A stretch of DNA of 64,000 nucleotides from contig CAVQHD010000001.1 in NCBI GenBank assembly GCA_963712275.1, forward strand, positions 800,001-864,000, given 5' to 3'. How positions within the stretch are numbered: the first letter of the stretch is position 1; each line of letters opens with the position of its first letter. The position numbers and the translations under genes are program-made. The stretch is from an uncultured Rhabdochlamydiaceae bacterium (GTDB taxonomy: Bacteria > Chlamydiota > Chlamydiia > Chlamydiales > Rhabdochlamydiaceae). A model generated the notes under the pieces. The model was given only the letters and a program-made list of their open reading frames with translations. It had not been told where the DNA came from and searched no databases. Positions 38,240 through 53,200 of this stretch are shown in pieces.

Positions 38240-41200
38240 ATGGCACCCTTTTTGAAGAGAATTTTCTATCTTACCCCGCTTCTTCTAACAGCTTCCCTTT
38301 TTGCCTTGCCGGAAAAGGGGGACGTTGCTGCTGGACAGGCAGACTTTTATTCTTCAGGGGGGCGGTCTCTGAAGGTCACCACCTCTGATAAAGCAATCAT
38401 TAATTATCATAAGTTTAATATCGGAGAAGGGGAGTGCGTTGAGTTTATTCAACCTTCGGTAAAGTCGTGTGTTCTCAACCGCGTCACTGGAAAAAACCAG
38501 AGCAGAATTCTAGGAAAACTGAGCTCTAATGGGCGTGTTTTTCTGGTCAACCCGAGCGGAATTTATTTTGGTCCAAAGGCTATTGTCAATACCGGCTCTT
38601 TCCTCGCTTCGACATTGAGCATTCGAGATGAGGATTTTTTAAATGACAAGTACCATTTCTTCCTGGAACCAGGGGCTGAAAAAGCACAGATCATCAATGA
38701 AGGAACCATTGCTGCCAGCCCTGAAGGTTTTGTCGCTTTTTTTGCCCCTGTCATCCAAAACCACGGAACTATTCTTGCCAAGGCTGAGAAAATTATTTTA
38801 GCGTCGGCAGAGCGCGTCGCACTGGACTTAGCGGGCGATGGCTTGATCCAATTTACCGTAGATGGAGAGCTTGAAGAGGCTCTGATTGCAAACTATGGCA
38901 CCATCGAATCGGCTCAGGGCGTCGTCGAGCTTTCAATGAGGGCTGCACAAAAAGCGATTAAAATGGTTGTCAATACTGATGGCGCCATTGCGGCTGCTGC
39001 GATCGAAGAAGTTGGTGGAGTCATTCATCTGGTCGCAGGCAGCTGTATTGCTGCCGATACAGCGCACATTGATGGAGGATCCCATGCACGAGTGATTGCT
39101 GAAGGCGCAATTGACGCCTCCAATCGACAAGAGAATAGAAAAGGAGGAACAGTCCGTCTTCTAGGAGATCACTTGCATTTGAAAGGAGCTCAGATCGATG
39201 TCTCCGGAGATGCCGGTGGAGGAGTGGTTCTGATTGGAGGAGACTATCAGGGAAAAGGTGGTATCAGGCCAGCGATTGAGACAATTTTTGATTCAAAGAC
39301 CTCTGTATTTGCCGACGCATTCAGGGTAGGAGATGGAGGAAAAGTCATTGTCTGGGCAGAGGATACGACCTATTTTGATGGCAAGATCTACGCGCGAGGA
39401 GGATCTGAGGGCGGCCATGGAGGATTTGTCGAGACATCGGGGAAGATGAACCTCGGCATAGAGACAGGATATGTCGATACCTCTGCGCCTTTAGGAAATT
39501 TTGGAAATTGGCTGCTTGACCCTAGCTCCATTACGATTGCAACTACAGGCGGAGGCACCATTGCTCAAGGTTCATCACCAAATTGTGGAAATTTTGGTAG
39601 CATAACGATTTCTGTTGCAACGATGCAAGCTGCTGCCACTAACGTAGCTCTCTGCGCTCAGAATGGAACGAGCAGCTCGATTACTGTTAATAATGCCTTT
39701 ACTATGGCTACTGGTGTTTCCCTATCTATGACCGCGGGTTCGACAAGTGTTGGTAATATCAATTTAAATGCCAACATTACTACAAGAGGACAACCTATTA
39801 CTCTAACGGGTGTTGCAGTTCTTGGAGCCGCTGTCACTTTGGATACGACGAATGCCGGAGGTTCTTCTGCAGGCGGCAATATTAGCTTTTCAAACACAAT
39901 CAATGGCGCTCAAACTTTAACCTTGACTGGGGGAACGAGCGGAATTGTAACGCTAACAGGCGCTGTCGGTGGAACAACAGCCCTCACTTCCCTTACCGCT
40001 ACCGGTGCAACCATCACACAGAGTTCGACCGCCAAAACAACAGGAGCGCTGAGTTATACAGGTTCCACAGCAATCAACATTGCGGGCAATGTGACGACAA
40101 GCGGCGGCATCATTACTATGACAGGGCCCGTTGTTACGACCAACAGCCCGACCTTCGATAGTACGAATGCAGGGGGGACAACAGCCGGAGCAAACATCAA
40201 CTTCACAAGCACGTTGAATAGTACAACGGCGATTTCGATCCGGGCTGGCACTGGAGGCACAGTGACATTTAGCGGGGCAGTGGGCAATACGGCTTCTCCG
40301 ACAAATCTTTCGTTTGTTAGCGCAGGCCTCATTCAAATCGGCAATAATATCACGGTGACAGGAGCAAATCCGCTGACCTTCCCCAGCCCCGTCAGCTTGA
40401 CAGGGGCAAGTATCATCACCTCGAACAATGCCAACATCTCCTTTAATAGCACCTTGAATGGAGCGCAAATCCTAGCTCTAGTAGGAGGAACAGGGACCAC
40501 GACGTTTACGGGGGCGGTTGGCGGTACGGCTTCTTTGACGAGTTTGTCTGCGATAGCCGCGACTATCACACAGAGCTCAACTGCCAAAACGACAGGAGCA
40601 CTCAGCTATACAGGCTCAACTGCAATCAACATTGCGGGCAATGACACGACGAGCGGCGGCGTCATTACCATGACAGGACCTGTTACACTGAATGGCAATG
40701 TTGTTGTGGATGCGACAAATGGCGGGGTATCGGCAGGAGGCGCCAACATCACCCTGACGAGTACGGTCAATGGGGCTGATAACCTGACTTTGACAGGGGG
40801 AACCGGAGGAGTGGTCTCTTTTGGAGCAGCGGGTGCAACGACAGCCCTGACAACACTCACTGCCTCGGGAGCGACGATCAATCAAAATTCCACCGCAAAA
40901 ACAACAGGAGCGCTGAGTTATACGGGCTCGACTGTAATCAATATTGCGGGGAATGTGACGACAAGCGGCGGTATCATAACAATGACAGGGCCCGTTGTTA
41001 CGACCAACAGCCCCACTTTCGATAGCACGAATGCAGGAGGGACAACAGCCGGAGCAAACATCAACTTCACAAATACGTTGAATAGTACAACGGCGATTTC
41101 GATCCGGGCTGGCACTGGAGGCACAGCGACATTTAGCGGGGCCGTGGGCAATACGACTCTTCCGACAAATTTATCCTTCGTCAGCGCGAATCTCATTCAA

Positions 41201-44200
41201 ATCGGTAGTAATATCACAGTGACAGGAGCAAATCCGCTGACCTTCCCCAGCCCCGTCAGCTTGACAGGGGCAAGCGTGATCACCTCAAACAATGCCAATA
41301 TCTCCTTTAATAGCACCTTGAATGGAGCGCAAACCTTGACCCTAGCAGGAGGAACAGGAACTACAACGTTTACGGGAGCGGTTGGCGGCACAACTCCTTT
41401 GACGAGTTTATCTGTAACAGCTGCAACCATCACACAGAGCTCAACTGCACAAACGACGGGGGCACTCAGTTATACGGGTTCCACAGCAATCAATATTGCG
41501 GGCAATGTGACGACAAGCGGTGGCATCATAACAATGACAGCGCCCGTTGTTGCCAGCAATAGTCCGACTTTCGATAGCACGAATGCAGGAGGAACGCCAG
41601 CCGGAGCAAACATCAACTTCACAAGTACGCTGAATGGTGCAACGGCGATTTCAATCCGGGCTGGCACCGGAGGCACAGTGATATTGGGCGGGGCCGTGGG
41701 CAATACGGCTCCTCCGACAAATCTTTCGTTTGTTAGCGCAGGCCTCATTCAAATCGGCAATAATATCACGGTGACAGGAGCAAATCCGCTGACCTTCCCC
41801 AGCCCCGTCAGCTTGACAGGGGGAAGTATCATCACCTCGAACAATGCCAACATTTCCTTTAATAGCACCTTGAATGGAGCTCAAACCTTGACCCTAGCAG
41901 GAGGAACAGGAACTACAACGTTTACGGGGGCGGTTGGCGGTACGGCTCCTTTGACGAGTTTATCTGTAACAGCTGCGACCATCACACAGAGCTCGACTGC
42001 AAAAACGACAGGAGCTCTTAGTTATACGGGTTCCACGGCAATCAACATTGCAGGCAATGACACGACGAGCGGCGGCGTCATTACCATGACAGGGCCTGTT
42101 ACACTAAATGGCAATGTTGTTATGGATGCGACAAATGGCGGGGTATCAGCAGGAGGCGCCAACATTACCTTGACGAGTACGGTCAATGGGGCTGATAACC
42201 TGACTTTGACAGGGGGAACCGGGGGAACAGTCTCTTTTGGAGCAGCGGGTGGAGCGACAGCCCTGACAACACTCACTGCCTCAGGAGCGATTGTTACTCA
42301 AACGTCTACTGCTAAAACGACAGGAGCACTCAGCTATACAGGCTCAACAGCGATTAACGTGAATGGCAATATCACTACGAGCGGTGGGGTCATCACGATG
42401 ACGGGTCCTGTCGTGATCACGGCTGCCCCGACCTTTGATAGCACAAATGCCGGTGGCGCAGCAGCTGGAGCAAACATCAGTTTCTCAAGCACCCTTAACG
42501 GAGCAACAGCCCTTACTTTGAGAGCCGGAACGGGAGGAAATGTCTCCTTTACGGGTGCTGTAGGTGGAACAAATGCTTTAACGAATCTCTCTTTCACCAG
42601 CGCAAATCTTATCCAGATCGGAAACAACATTACGGTGACAGGAGCCAATCCACTTACTTTTCCCGATCCGGTCAGTTTAACTGGTACCAGCACCATCACT
42701 TCTAACAATGCCAATATCAGCTTTAGCAGCACTCTCAATGGTGCTCAAGCTCTGACGCTAGCTGCTGGGACAGGTAGCATCACATTCACAGGGGCTGTTG
42801 GGGGAGGGACGCCTCTCACTTCGCTCACGATTTCCAATGCGACTAATGTCACTGCAAATGCCATTACAGCTTCTTCGATCACACAAAGTGCAGGCACAGG
42901 AACCACCACATTTAATGGCCTTGTCAATACAACTGGGACTTCTGGCATTTCGCTAACAGGAACTAATTTTGCAATCAATGCAAATGTTACGACAACAAAT
43001 ACCGGTTCTTTCTCCATCGCGCATTCCGGATCCTTAACTATTCCAAGCGGGGTGGTGATTTCTGTTGATGGAGCCTTTGTGGATTCTAGTTCTGGAACGA
43101 CAAGTCTTGCAGGTAACATTACTTCAAATGGCCATAATATTTCCTTTGGAACACCTGTAACTTTAGCCGGACCAGTTGTTCTGAATTCAGGAGCGAGTAC
43201 CGGAAATATTATTTTCTCAAGCACTCTGGACGGAGCGCAAAATCTCAACTTAAGCGCGGGTAACGGCAATATCACGTTTACAGGTGCAGTGGGAGGAACT
43301 ACACGTCTTGGAACGTTAACTGTCAACACAACAAATAATTTCACAGCGAACGCCCTTACACTTGCAGCGTTTAATCAGGTGGCAGGAACGGGCATCACCA
43401 CTTTTAATGGAGCTGTAGATTTAAATACAGTTGCAGGACTTTCGATTACGGATACGAATACTACTTTTAATAATACGGTAAATACGACTAGTGGTGGGCC
43501 GGCAACTATTTCAGTGGGGGGCACCCTTATTCTCACCTCTTCGGCTGTGTTTACACTGACAGGAGCTTTTACAGAGAGCGGAGCTGGAGGTGTGCAATCT
43601 GCAGGCTCCATCACAACGGCAAATCAAACAATTCAATTTGGAAGCGCTGTTGCATTGACGGGAGCTACAACTCTGAATACAGGATCTGGAGCAGGTAATA
43701 TTCTTTTCTCAAATACACTCGATGGACCAGGTAATCTCAATTTGACTGCTGGCACAGGGAATATCACTTTTAATATGGCAGTTGGAAGCTCAACGCGTCT
43801 AGGTGCTTTGACGATCAACAGCGCAACGACGATTTCGGCGTTAGCAGTAAAAGCAGCATCGATCAATCAAGTTGCAGCAAGCGGAACATCTACTTATAGC
43901 GGTGATATCAATACCAATGCAGTTGCTGGAGTCCACCTTACAGGTAATATTTTTTCAATCAATGGGAATTTGATCACAACAGCGGCTGGGCCATTTACGA
44001 TCACAAATTCAGGTCTTTTAACGTTGACAGCTGGCAATTCAACCTCTCTTTCCAGCACATTTACTCAAAATGGAACAGGTAGCGTCAATTTTTCGGGGAC
44101 TATTCTGACAAGTAATGCTGCCATTTCTTTTGCCAGTCCGATCACTCTATCAGGCGCTGCAGTATTAAATGCGGGTGCTGGTTCTGGCTCGATCACTCTT

Positions 44201-47200
44201 TCTAGCACCGTGGATGGAACAGTCAGTGGTGCGCAAACGCTCACTTTAACAAGTGGTACAGGTAACACGACCTTGGGAGGTAATATCGGTAGTACGGTGC
44301 CTCTTTCTGATATTTCCATTAATCAAGCTGCTAATGTTTCTGTGCAGGCAGTGACTGCTTCTTCACTTACGCAGCTTATGGGAAGTGGGACCAGTACTTT
44401 TAATGGAGCTATTAACACATCTACAGTGACGGGTATTAATCTCACAGGTACAGCTTTTACCTTTAATAATAATGTGACCACCACAGCAAGCGGCCCTCTG
44501 ATCGTTACCAACAATTCGGGCGTGCTCACGTTTGCTTCCGGAACTGTAAGCAATATTGGAGGCGCCTTCTCCCAGCTTGGAACAGGAGGCGTTTCTCTTG
44601 CCGGACAGATTACTGCGGGCGGAGCAATTTCGATTGCAGGGCAGGTCACGGTTGCCGGAACTGCGACTTTAAGTACTGCTGCGGCCTCCCAAAACATCAC
44701 GCTTTCAAGTACGGTGAATGGTGCGAATAATCTCACTCTGGCAGCCGGTGGCGGAGATATTACAATCAGCGATACTGTCGGTGGAACGACGCGTCTTGGC
44801 AATTTAATCTTTAGCAGTGCACATAATATCTCCACACAATCTATTACAGCCGCAAGTATCGTTCAGACAGCCGGCACGGGAACCACGACATTCGGAGGAG
44901 CGACGCTCAATACGAATGGGGCGAGTGGCATCAATTTGACACTGACGAATTTTTCTTACAATGGGTCCATTGTCACAACGGGAAGTGGACCTGTTATTGT
45001 GGCCAGCAGCGGTACTGTGACTCTTGTCTCTTCTGGAACAACCTCGATCTCAGGCTCTTTCCAGCAAAATGGTGGAGCGGGATCCGTGAGTTTTTCTGGA
45101 ACGCTCACCACGATCAACCAGCCGATCACATTCACAAGCCCTATGACCTTGACAGGCGATGCGACTTTAACGAGTGGATCGGGGGCAGGAGACATTTCGC
45201 TATCCACTGTCACAGGAGCTCATAATCTAACTCTTACGGCTGGAACAGGAAGTATTACAACAGGCACAATAGGTGCAGTTCCGCTGACAACAATCACTTT
45301 TACAAGTGCGAATAATATCACCGCAGCGGCAATCTCAGCTGGGAGCATCACTCAAACAGCAGGAAGTGGGACGTCGATTTTTAATGGAGTCCTAACCACT
45401 ACAACTGCAAGCGGGATCTCCCTCACAGGAACAGGCTTTCAGTTTCCAAATTCTGTGGCGACTACAACGACGGGATCTTTCTCTTTAAACAATAGCGGCT
45501 CGGCTATCTTCGGCCCTGGAGTGGTTTTCTCCATTGATGGAGCCTTTTCTCAAACAGGCTCAGGAGCGGTTTCCCTCGGCGCGAATATCACAACGAATAC
45601 AGGCGCGATTTCGCTTGCTTCTGCGGTGACTTTAAATGGAGCGAGTGTTCTCAACTCTTCTGCAGGAAATGGAAATATCACCTTTTCTAGCTCCATCAAC
45701 GGTGCCCAAACGCTCTCGATGACTGCAGCTGGAGGCAATGTCTCTGTGAGTGGAGCAATTGGAGCCACAACCCCCCTTTCTTCTCTGACAGTGGTGAGCG
45801 CAAACAATATCTCATTTGCAAACATTGGAACTGTGGGATCGGCAGGAGTAACGGGAGCGACAAGCCTTTCTGCAACGACGAACCTCAACTTTAATGGAAC
45901 AAACTATAACCTCAATGCACAAACCTTGAGCGCAACGACGGCTAATTTCAATGCGGGGGCTTTGACTACATTCACCACGAATGGCAACCCCATTACGGTT
46001 TCAGCAACTACTATGCAACTAAGTAGCGGAACAGATCTTACGATGAACTCCACGAACGGTGCAATTACTCTCCCCACTACACATGCTGTTGCGGGTAATT
46101 TGCGGACGCTGACTTTAAATGCGGGCACGGGAACTGTTCAAGTGGCTCAGATCGGAGCTTCAAACAATGGAGAATTTGCTGCGGTTTCCCTCACTGGAGG
46201 CAACTTGCTTATTCGCGGCGATCTCTTTTCAAATGCCCTCACGCTCTCTTCTTCAGCAGGCCATCAGATCTTTCTTGGAGGAAGCATCACTACAGTAAAT
46301 ACCGCAGTGAGTTTCCCGGTTGCTGTTATCCGAGACACGATTACAACTGCGACAGTATCCACTGGAACAACCGGCGCTGCCATCAGCTTTTCAAGCACCA
46401 TTGATGGCGATGTGGCGCTGACACGCAATCTGACGCTCGCTGCGGGAAGTGGGAATATCACGTTGACGGGAGCAGTAGGGGGAACGACTCCGCTTGGCAC
46501 TTTGACCCTTTCATCTGCGAATAATGCAAATGCAAATGCGATCACGGTTGGGGTGCTGGCTCAAAATAGTGGCACAGGGACAACCACTTTTAATGGAGTT
46601 ATTAACACTTCCAATGCCTTGGGAATTAACCTTACAGGAAGCGCCTTCACTTTTAATAATACAGTTACGACAACAATGGGGGGAGCGCTTCAAATTAATA
46701 ACAGCGGCCTTCTTTCTATGCCAAACGGAGCAACCCTGACTTTAAGTGGTCCTTTTTCTCAGACGGGAAGTGGTGCCGTGCAGATCGGAAATACAATCAC
46801 ATCCGGAGATGAAATCCTCTTTACAGGTGGGGTTTCTCTAACGCATGCCACATCTCTTAGTACTGCAGCTGCAAATCAGACGATTGAGTTCATGAGCAGC
46901 ATCGATAGCGTGAGCACAACGCCATTTGATCTTTCCTTAGATGCCGGTACAGGCAATATCTTGATTCTCGGCAATATGGGATCGATTCATCCTCTTGGCT
47001 CTTTTTTAATTAATCATGCACAAAATATCACACTACAATCGATTACAGCGAATGGAACAGTACTTAATGGAGGAACGGGGACTACTACTATAAACGGCGA
47101 TGCTCTTATCGGTTCAGGCGGAATCAGTGCGACCGGCAATAACTTCGTCGGCAATGGAAATGTAACCACCACTAATGGGGGAAATATTACCCTCAATAAC

Positions 47201-50200
47201 TCTGGAACCGCAACGGGCACTGCGGGAACCACGACGACGTGTGATGGAAATTATAATCAAATCGGTTCAGGTCCTTTCTTTGCTGGGGGCCTTACAACCG
47301 TGCATGGCAATCTTTTAATTACGAGCCCGGTTACCGTTTTTGCCCCTTCGACATTTGACTTGAGCACAGGTGGGGGAAGCATGACCTTCTTAAGCACTAT
47401 CGATGGCGGATCGAGCCTCAGTCTACTATCGAGTGGAGGCTCAATTACGCTTAGCGGAGATGTGGGTTCTGGAGTTCCTCTAGGCGCTTTTAGTATCGAT
47501 GGAGCCGGAAATGTCATGACTCAAGGCATTCAAGCTACCTCTATTGCGCAAACAGCGAGCACGGGAACCACCACCTTTAATGGAGCGCTGATCACATCAG
47601 GTGCTTCCGGTATTGCAATCACTACAAATGCCATTGTTCGCGGTGCTGCTATTACGACGATAGGAAATGGTCCACTGACCATTACGAATAGCGGAACTTT
47701 CACTAGTACGGCAGCCGGAGCTATCATTTTGGCAGGAGCCTTTACTCAAAATGGAGCAGGTCCTGTCACTTTAGGAGGATCTCTCACCACTTCAAATGCG
47801 AATATCTCTTTTTCAAGTCCCATTACCCTGGCAGCGAATGTTTCTCTAAGTTCGGGAACTGGTGCGGGAAACATCACTTTAAGTCAAACAGTTCAAGGTG
47901 GGTTTAACCTCGCGCTCAATAGTGGAACGGGAAATATTACTTTGAGTGGCAATGCAGGAACTTTGACGCCTCTGGCCTCTTTTTCGATTGTACAAGCATC
48001 AAACGTTTCAACAGAAGCCATTAGTGCTGTCTCTATTTCCCAAACAGCTGGCACTGGTACAACTACCTTTAATGGCGCTTTAAATACGACAGGGGCTTCA
48101 GGAATTTCTCTGACAGGAACTTCCTTTACCTTTAATAATACCTTTACAACGGCGGCTGCAGGTCCAGTTTCTGTGACCAATTCAGGACTCTTGACTTTTG
48201 ATGCAGGAGCAACAGGCTCTATAGCTGGTGCTTTAACACAAAGTGGGGCCGGAAGTACTCAACTCTCCAGCTCTATTACAACGGGGGGGATGGTGCAATT
48301 TAATGGGCCCTTTACTGTCTCTGGCACCGGATCTTTAAGTACGAGCGCGGCAAATCAGCCCATTACTTTTTTTAGCACGTTAAATGGACCTGGTAATTTG
48401 ACTCTTTCATCCGGAACAGCGGATATTGTGCTTTCAGCAAATGCAGGAAGCCTAACCCCTCTTGGCACATTGACTATTTCAACGGTGGGTAATTTGACGA
48501 CGCAGGCAATCACTGCCTTAGCATTCACTCAATCGGCAGGAGGAGGAACGACTTTAATTAATGGAAATATAACGACCAGCGGAAGTGGAGGCGTCAACTT
48601 AACTGGAACAACCTTCACCTTCCTACAGAATACCACGACGACTGGCACAGGCCCCATTACGATTAGCAATAGCGGTACGCTGACTACAACGGCTGGCAAG
48701 ACATTCTCTTCGAATGGAGTTTTCACACAAAACGGATCGGGAAGCGTGCTACTAGGGAGCACGATTACAACCACAAATGCAACAGCTGCAAATGCAAATA
48801 TTAATTTTTCAGGGACAAGTCCAATTACTGTTACTGCTCCTTCCATTATTGATTCGAGCACTGGTGGAGGAACGATCAATTTTTCGGCAGCGAGTACGGT
48901 AGATGGTTCTCAATCCATTAACTTGATCGCTGGAACGGGCGATATCAATATTCTGGGGAATTTTGGAGGGGTCACACGTCTTGGAGTATTTACAATCACA
49001 AGCGGGCATGATATTCAATTGCAAGCGGTTACAGCGAGCTCGATGAGTCAGCTCGCAGGGAGTGGAACCACAAGTCTTTTAGGCTCTCTTAACACGAACT
49101 CGCCAGCCGGGATGACCTTTATTGGCAACAATTTTACAATTGGACCATTTGCAAGCTCAATTACTACAACAAATGGAGGTTCACTCACTCTTACCAACCA
49201 AGGTCTTGCTGCAGGAACGGCGCCAGTGGTCGTCACTATTGACGGTTCTTACATTCAAAATGGGACGGGCGCGATCTTTGTAGGTCCGATTACAGCCCGT
49301 CAAGGAATTTCCTTTACAGGCCCTGCGACTATTGCTTCTTCCGGTACTTTAGATAGTTCTGCTGGAAACGGAAACATCACCTTCAGCAATACAGTCGATG
49401 CTCTTACTGGTACAGAGAATCTGATTTTGAATCCGGGAACCGGCAATATCGCCTTTAGCAGCGCTGTGGGTAGTTCAACTCCTCTTGGCGCTTTAACTAT
49501 CCAAAGCGCAAGTAATGTGACAGCTACTAGCATTTCTGCAGGTCAGATTAGCGGATCCAGTATGACGGGCCTTGCGACATTTAATGGCTCTGTGACGACC
49601 TCTAGCGCTGCGGGAATTGTGCTTTCTGGAAACGCATTTACCTTTAATCACAATGTGACAACCACAGGCAATGGAGTGGTGACCCTCACTAATTCGGGGG
49701 CTTTGATGATTGCAAATGGGGTCACCTTTAATCTCGATGGGGCCTTTACGCAAAGCGGTGCAGGGGCAATTTCTTTTGGTGGCTCAATCATAACAACAAA
49801 TGACGCGATAAGCGTTGCATCAGCAATGACGCTCACAGCTCCAGCCTCCTTTAATTCCGGGGCAGGGGCAGGCGACATTACTTTAAGTGGACTAATTGAT
49901 GGATCTACGACGCTGACAGTGACAGCAGGAACCGGCAGTGCGACTTTTCAAAGCGTCATTGGGCATACGACGCCTTTAACCGCCCTGACAATACCAAGTG
50001 CAAGCACTGTGTATGTCAATGCAAATGCAACTCTCTCTGGTCCTTTTACGATCACAGCAGCTACAGGGCCGACGACTTTTAACGGGACCCTTAATGCGAG
50101 TGTAATTAGCTTAAATGGGGCTGCGATTAACTTTAATAACGCTGTAAGCACAAGTAGTGGCGCCATTGGCATTACAAATAGCGGAACCTTGACAGTGGCT

Positions 50201-53200
50201 TCAGCGTCACCCATTACTTCCAGCACAAGCTTTACGCAAACGGGAGCAGGAAACGTCTCGCTGGGCTCTAATATTACAACAGCAGGAACCCTTTCAGTGG
50301 CCTCGCCCATCACACTCACAAACGGGGTGACTTTGAATTCAGGAGGTGGAAACTTAACCTTATCAAGCGCTGTTAACGGCAGTTTTGATCTCACGCTGAC
50401 AGCGGGAGTAGGAAATGTGACATTGTCAGGAGACATCGGAGGAGTATCGCGCGTTGGGGCCTTCACTTTGACAAGTGCTCAAGATATTTCTGTTCAGGCA
50501 ATTACGGCTGCTTCCATTATGCAACAGAGCAGCACAGGAACCTCTACTCTTCAGGGAAACCTAGACACGAATACGATTGCCGGCATTACACTCATTGGCA
50601 CTAATTTTGTCAGTAGCGGCACGATCAATACGACAAATGGGGGCCCTCTTACGGTCACTAATAGTGGCCTTGCTACTGGAACTGGTGCAAGTACGATTAC
50701 TCTGGATGGTGCTTTTACACAAAATGGTACAGGTCCGGTCAATGTAGGCGGAAGTGTTACGACCAATAATGCTAATATTTCTCTTTCAGGCCCGGTCAGC
50801 GTTTTGCTTCCCACCACATTTACAAGCAATGGTGGCAATATCAGCTTTTTGAATACGGTGCAAGGCTCTGCTTGCCTCACTTTAGTGGCCTCTACAGGAA
50901 ATGTGACTTTCAGTGCAGCCGTAGGAGGGACGACTCCTTTGGGATGTTTGACCGCCTCTGGGGCAACGATTTTTCAAAATAGCTCATTGATTGCAAGTGG
51001 TGTTGTGCAAGAGACAGGAACAACCGCTATTAAACTCAGTGGGAATATCACGACCAATGCAAATGACATTACGTTGACGGGCAATACGATTGTTGCGGCA
51101 TCACTTGCACTGTCAACCAGCGGAGGAGCTGGCGATATTTCTGTTACCGGAACTCTGAATGGAGACGTGGCTGGCCGCAATCTCACGATCCAAACGGGTA
51201 CAGGTAATATCACTCTCAGCAATCCGATTGGAAACAACACGTCTTTCAATAACATCACAATGAGCGCTAATAACATTTCATGGGCAAACCTTGGCTCGAC
51301 GATTGTGGGAGCGACGGGGACCACCTCTCTCACCGCGACAACAAACATTAACTTTACAGGAACCTCTTATAAGAGTAGTACGCCGAGCTATACAGCCGGA
51401 TCAAACTTCAATTTTACTGCCGGAGTGGCTACATCGGTTTCTTCAAATGCATTGCCTATCACTTTCACAAGCGGAACGATCCAGTTAAGCAACGATCTCA
51501 CTCTGAATAGTAATGGCGCCACTATCACGATGGGAGATCTTCTGGGTACCGGGTTCAATTTCACAGTCAATGCGGGTATGGGCACTTACAACTTTGTGCA
51601 AATCGGAGCATCAGGTCAGCTTCTAAACAATGTGAATCTCACAGCCAATACATTCAATCCTACTCCCGCTTTAAATACCAACGTCTTTGCGAACAGTTTG
51701 ACGACGAACTCTATAACTCCTCTAACTATTTCTAGTGGAACCGGGTTGATTGGAAACGTGACTTACAACCAACCTGTAATTTTTCAAGGAAATGTTATCT
51801 ATACATGTGGATCTGCGGGAACAATCACCTTTAATCAGACAGTAGATGCCTTTACAGCTGATGTCGATACATTGACTTTCGATTTCAATCCTTGCACAGG
51901 TTCTGTGGTCTTTAATGCTCCGGTAGGATCTATTGCACCTCTTGCCTCTCTGGATATCGATTCGGCAACCGATGTGACTGTCAATGAACCCATGAATGTC
52001 GGTGCTCTCTCTGTAACCAATGGAACAGGCACTACTTCAATCAATTCTGGCATCACTTCTACAGATGCTGGCGGAATCAGCATCTCAACGCCTGTGATCA
52101 ATTTAATGGGCTCTATCTCTACAGCCAGTGGCGGTCCTCTCGTTCTCGATAACTCCGGGACATTTACGGTTGCAGCAGGAAGCAGCTTTGATATCTCTGG
52201 CGCATTTCAGCAAACAGGAGCAGGAGCTGTGAGCATCGGTGGAAGCGTGATCACTCATGATTCGACAATCCAATTTACGGGCCCCATTTCCTTAACCGGT
52301 GATATGACGTTCAATTCGAATATCCTGACAGGCGGAAACATCTCCTTTGCAGACACCATTCAGGGAGCGCAAAACCTGACCATAGCAGCAGGCGGCCACG
52401 ATGTTACTTTCGGTGCGGCTGTGGGCACTATCGGCACCCCTCTTGCCACTCTGCAGATTACAAGTGCACGCAATGTCACCGCTTCCGCTGCCATTTTTGC
52501 CGCAGAAATTGCGCAGCTCGCTGGTAGTGGGACAACAAGTTTGAGTGCGCTAAGCACCACAGCACTCAATGGAATCACTCTGACGGGAACTGCGTTTATA
52601 TTTAATGGGAATGTCACCACGATCGGAAACGGGCCTCTCACGGTGTCAAATTCTGGCACTGCAGCTTTTGGCAATGCGACCTATTCGATTGGGGGGGCAC
52701 TCACGCAAACCGGAGCTGGTTCTGTCACTTTGGCGGGGACGTTCTCCGCCGGTGGCGTGATTTCCTTTGCGCAAGATGTGACATTGACCGGAACGACCAG
52801 CTTAGATACCTCTGCTAATGGACAGACCATCACCTTCAGCAGCACACTCACCAACGACAATATGGGAGCTCATGATCTTACTCTCAACGCAGGGGCAGGG
52901 AGCATCACATTCTCGGGGACTGTCGGATCGACTCCAATTGGCGCCCTTACCATTTCAAATGCAAGTAATGTAACGGCTGGCGCTATCTCAGCTACCTCAA
53001 TTACGCAAAGTGCTGGCAGCAGCACTACAAGTATTAACGGCAATATGACGACAACTGGGGTTGCTGGAATCAACCTGAGTGGAACCAATTTTACTCTAAA
53101 TAGTACAGTCACAACGACAAATTTGGGACCCTTTTCCATTTCCAATAGCGGACCTCTTTTCCTCACTTTAGGAAATAGTACCTCAATTGCAGGTGCCTTT

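Noticed and set aside
38160..38240. IS-derived hybrid promoter for the adhesin
   Set aside because: TTGCAA in the IR and the nearby TAAAAT are only 13 bp apart.
40031..42760. Tandem repeats as a CRISPR array or DGR template/variable repeats
   Set aside because: Units are 312-552 bp in-frame coding repeats with no spacers; no cas or reverse transcriptase gene in the window, and no adenine-specific mismatch pattern noticed.
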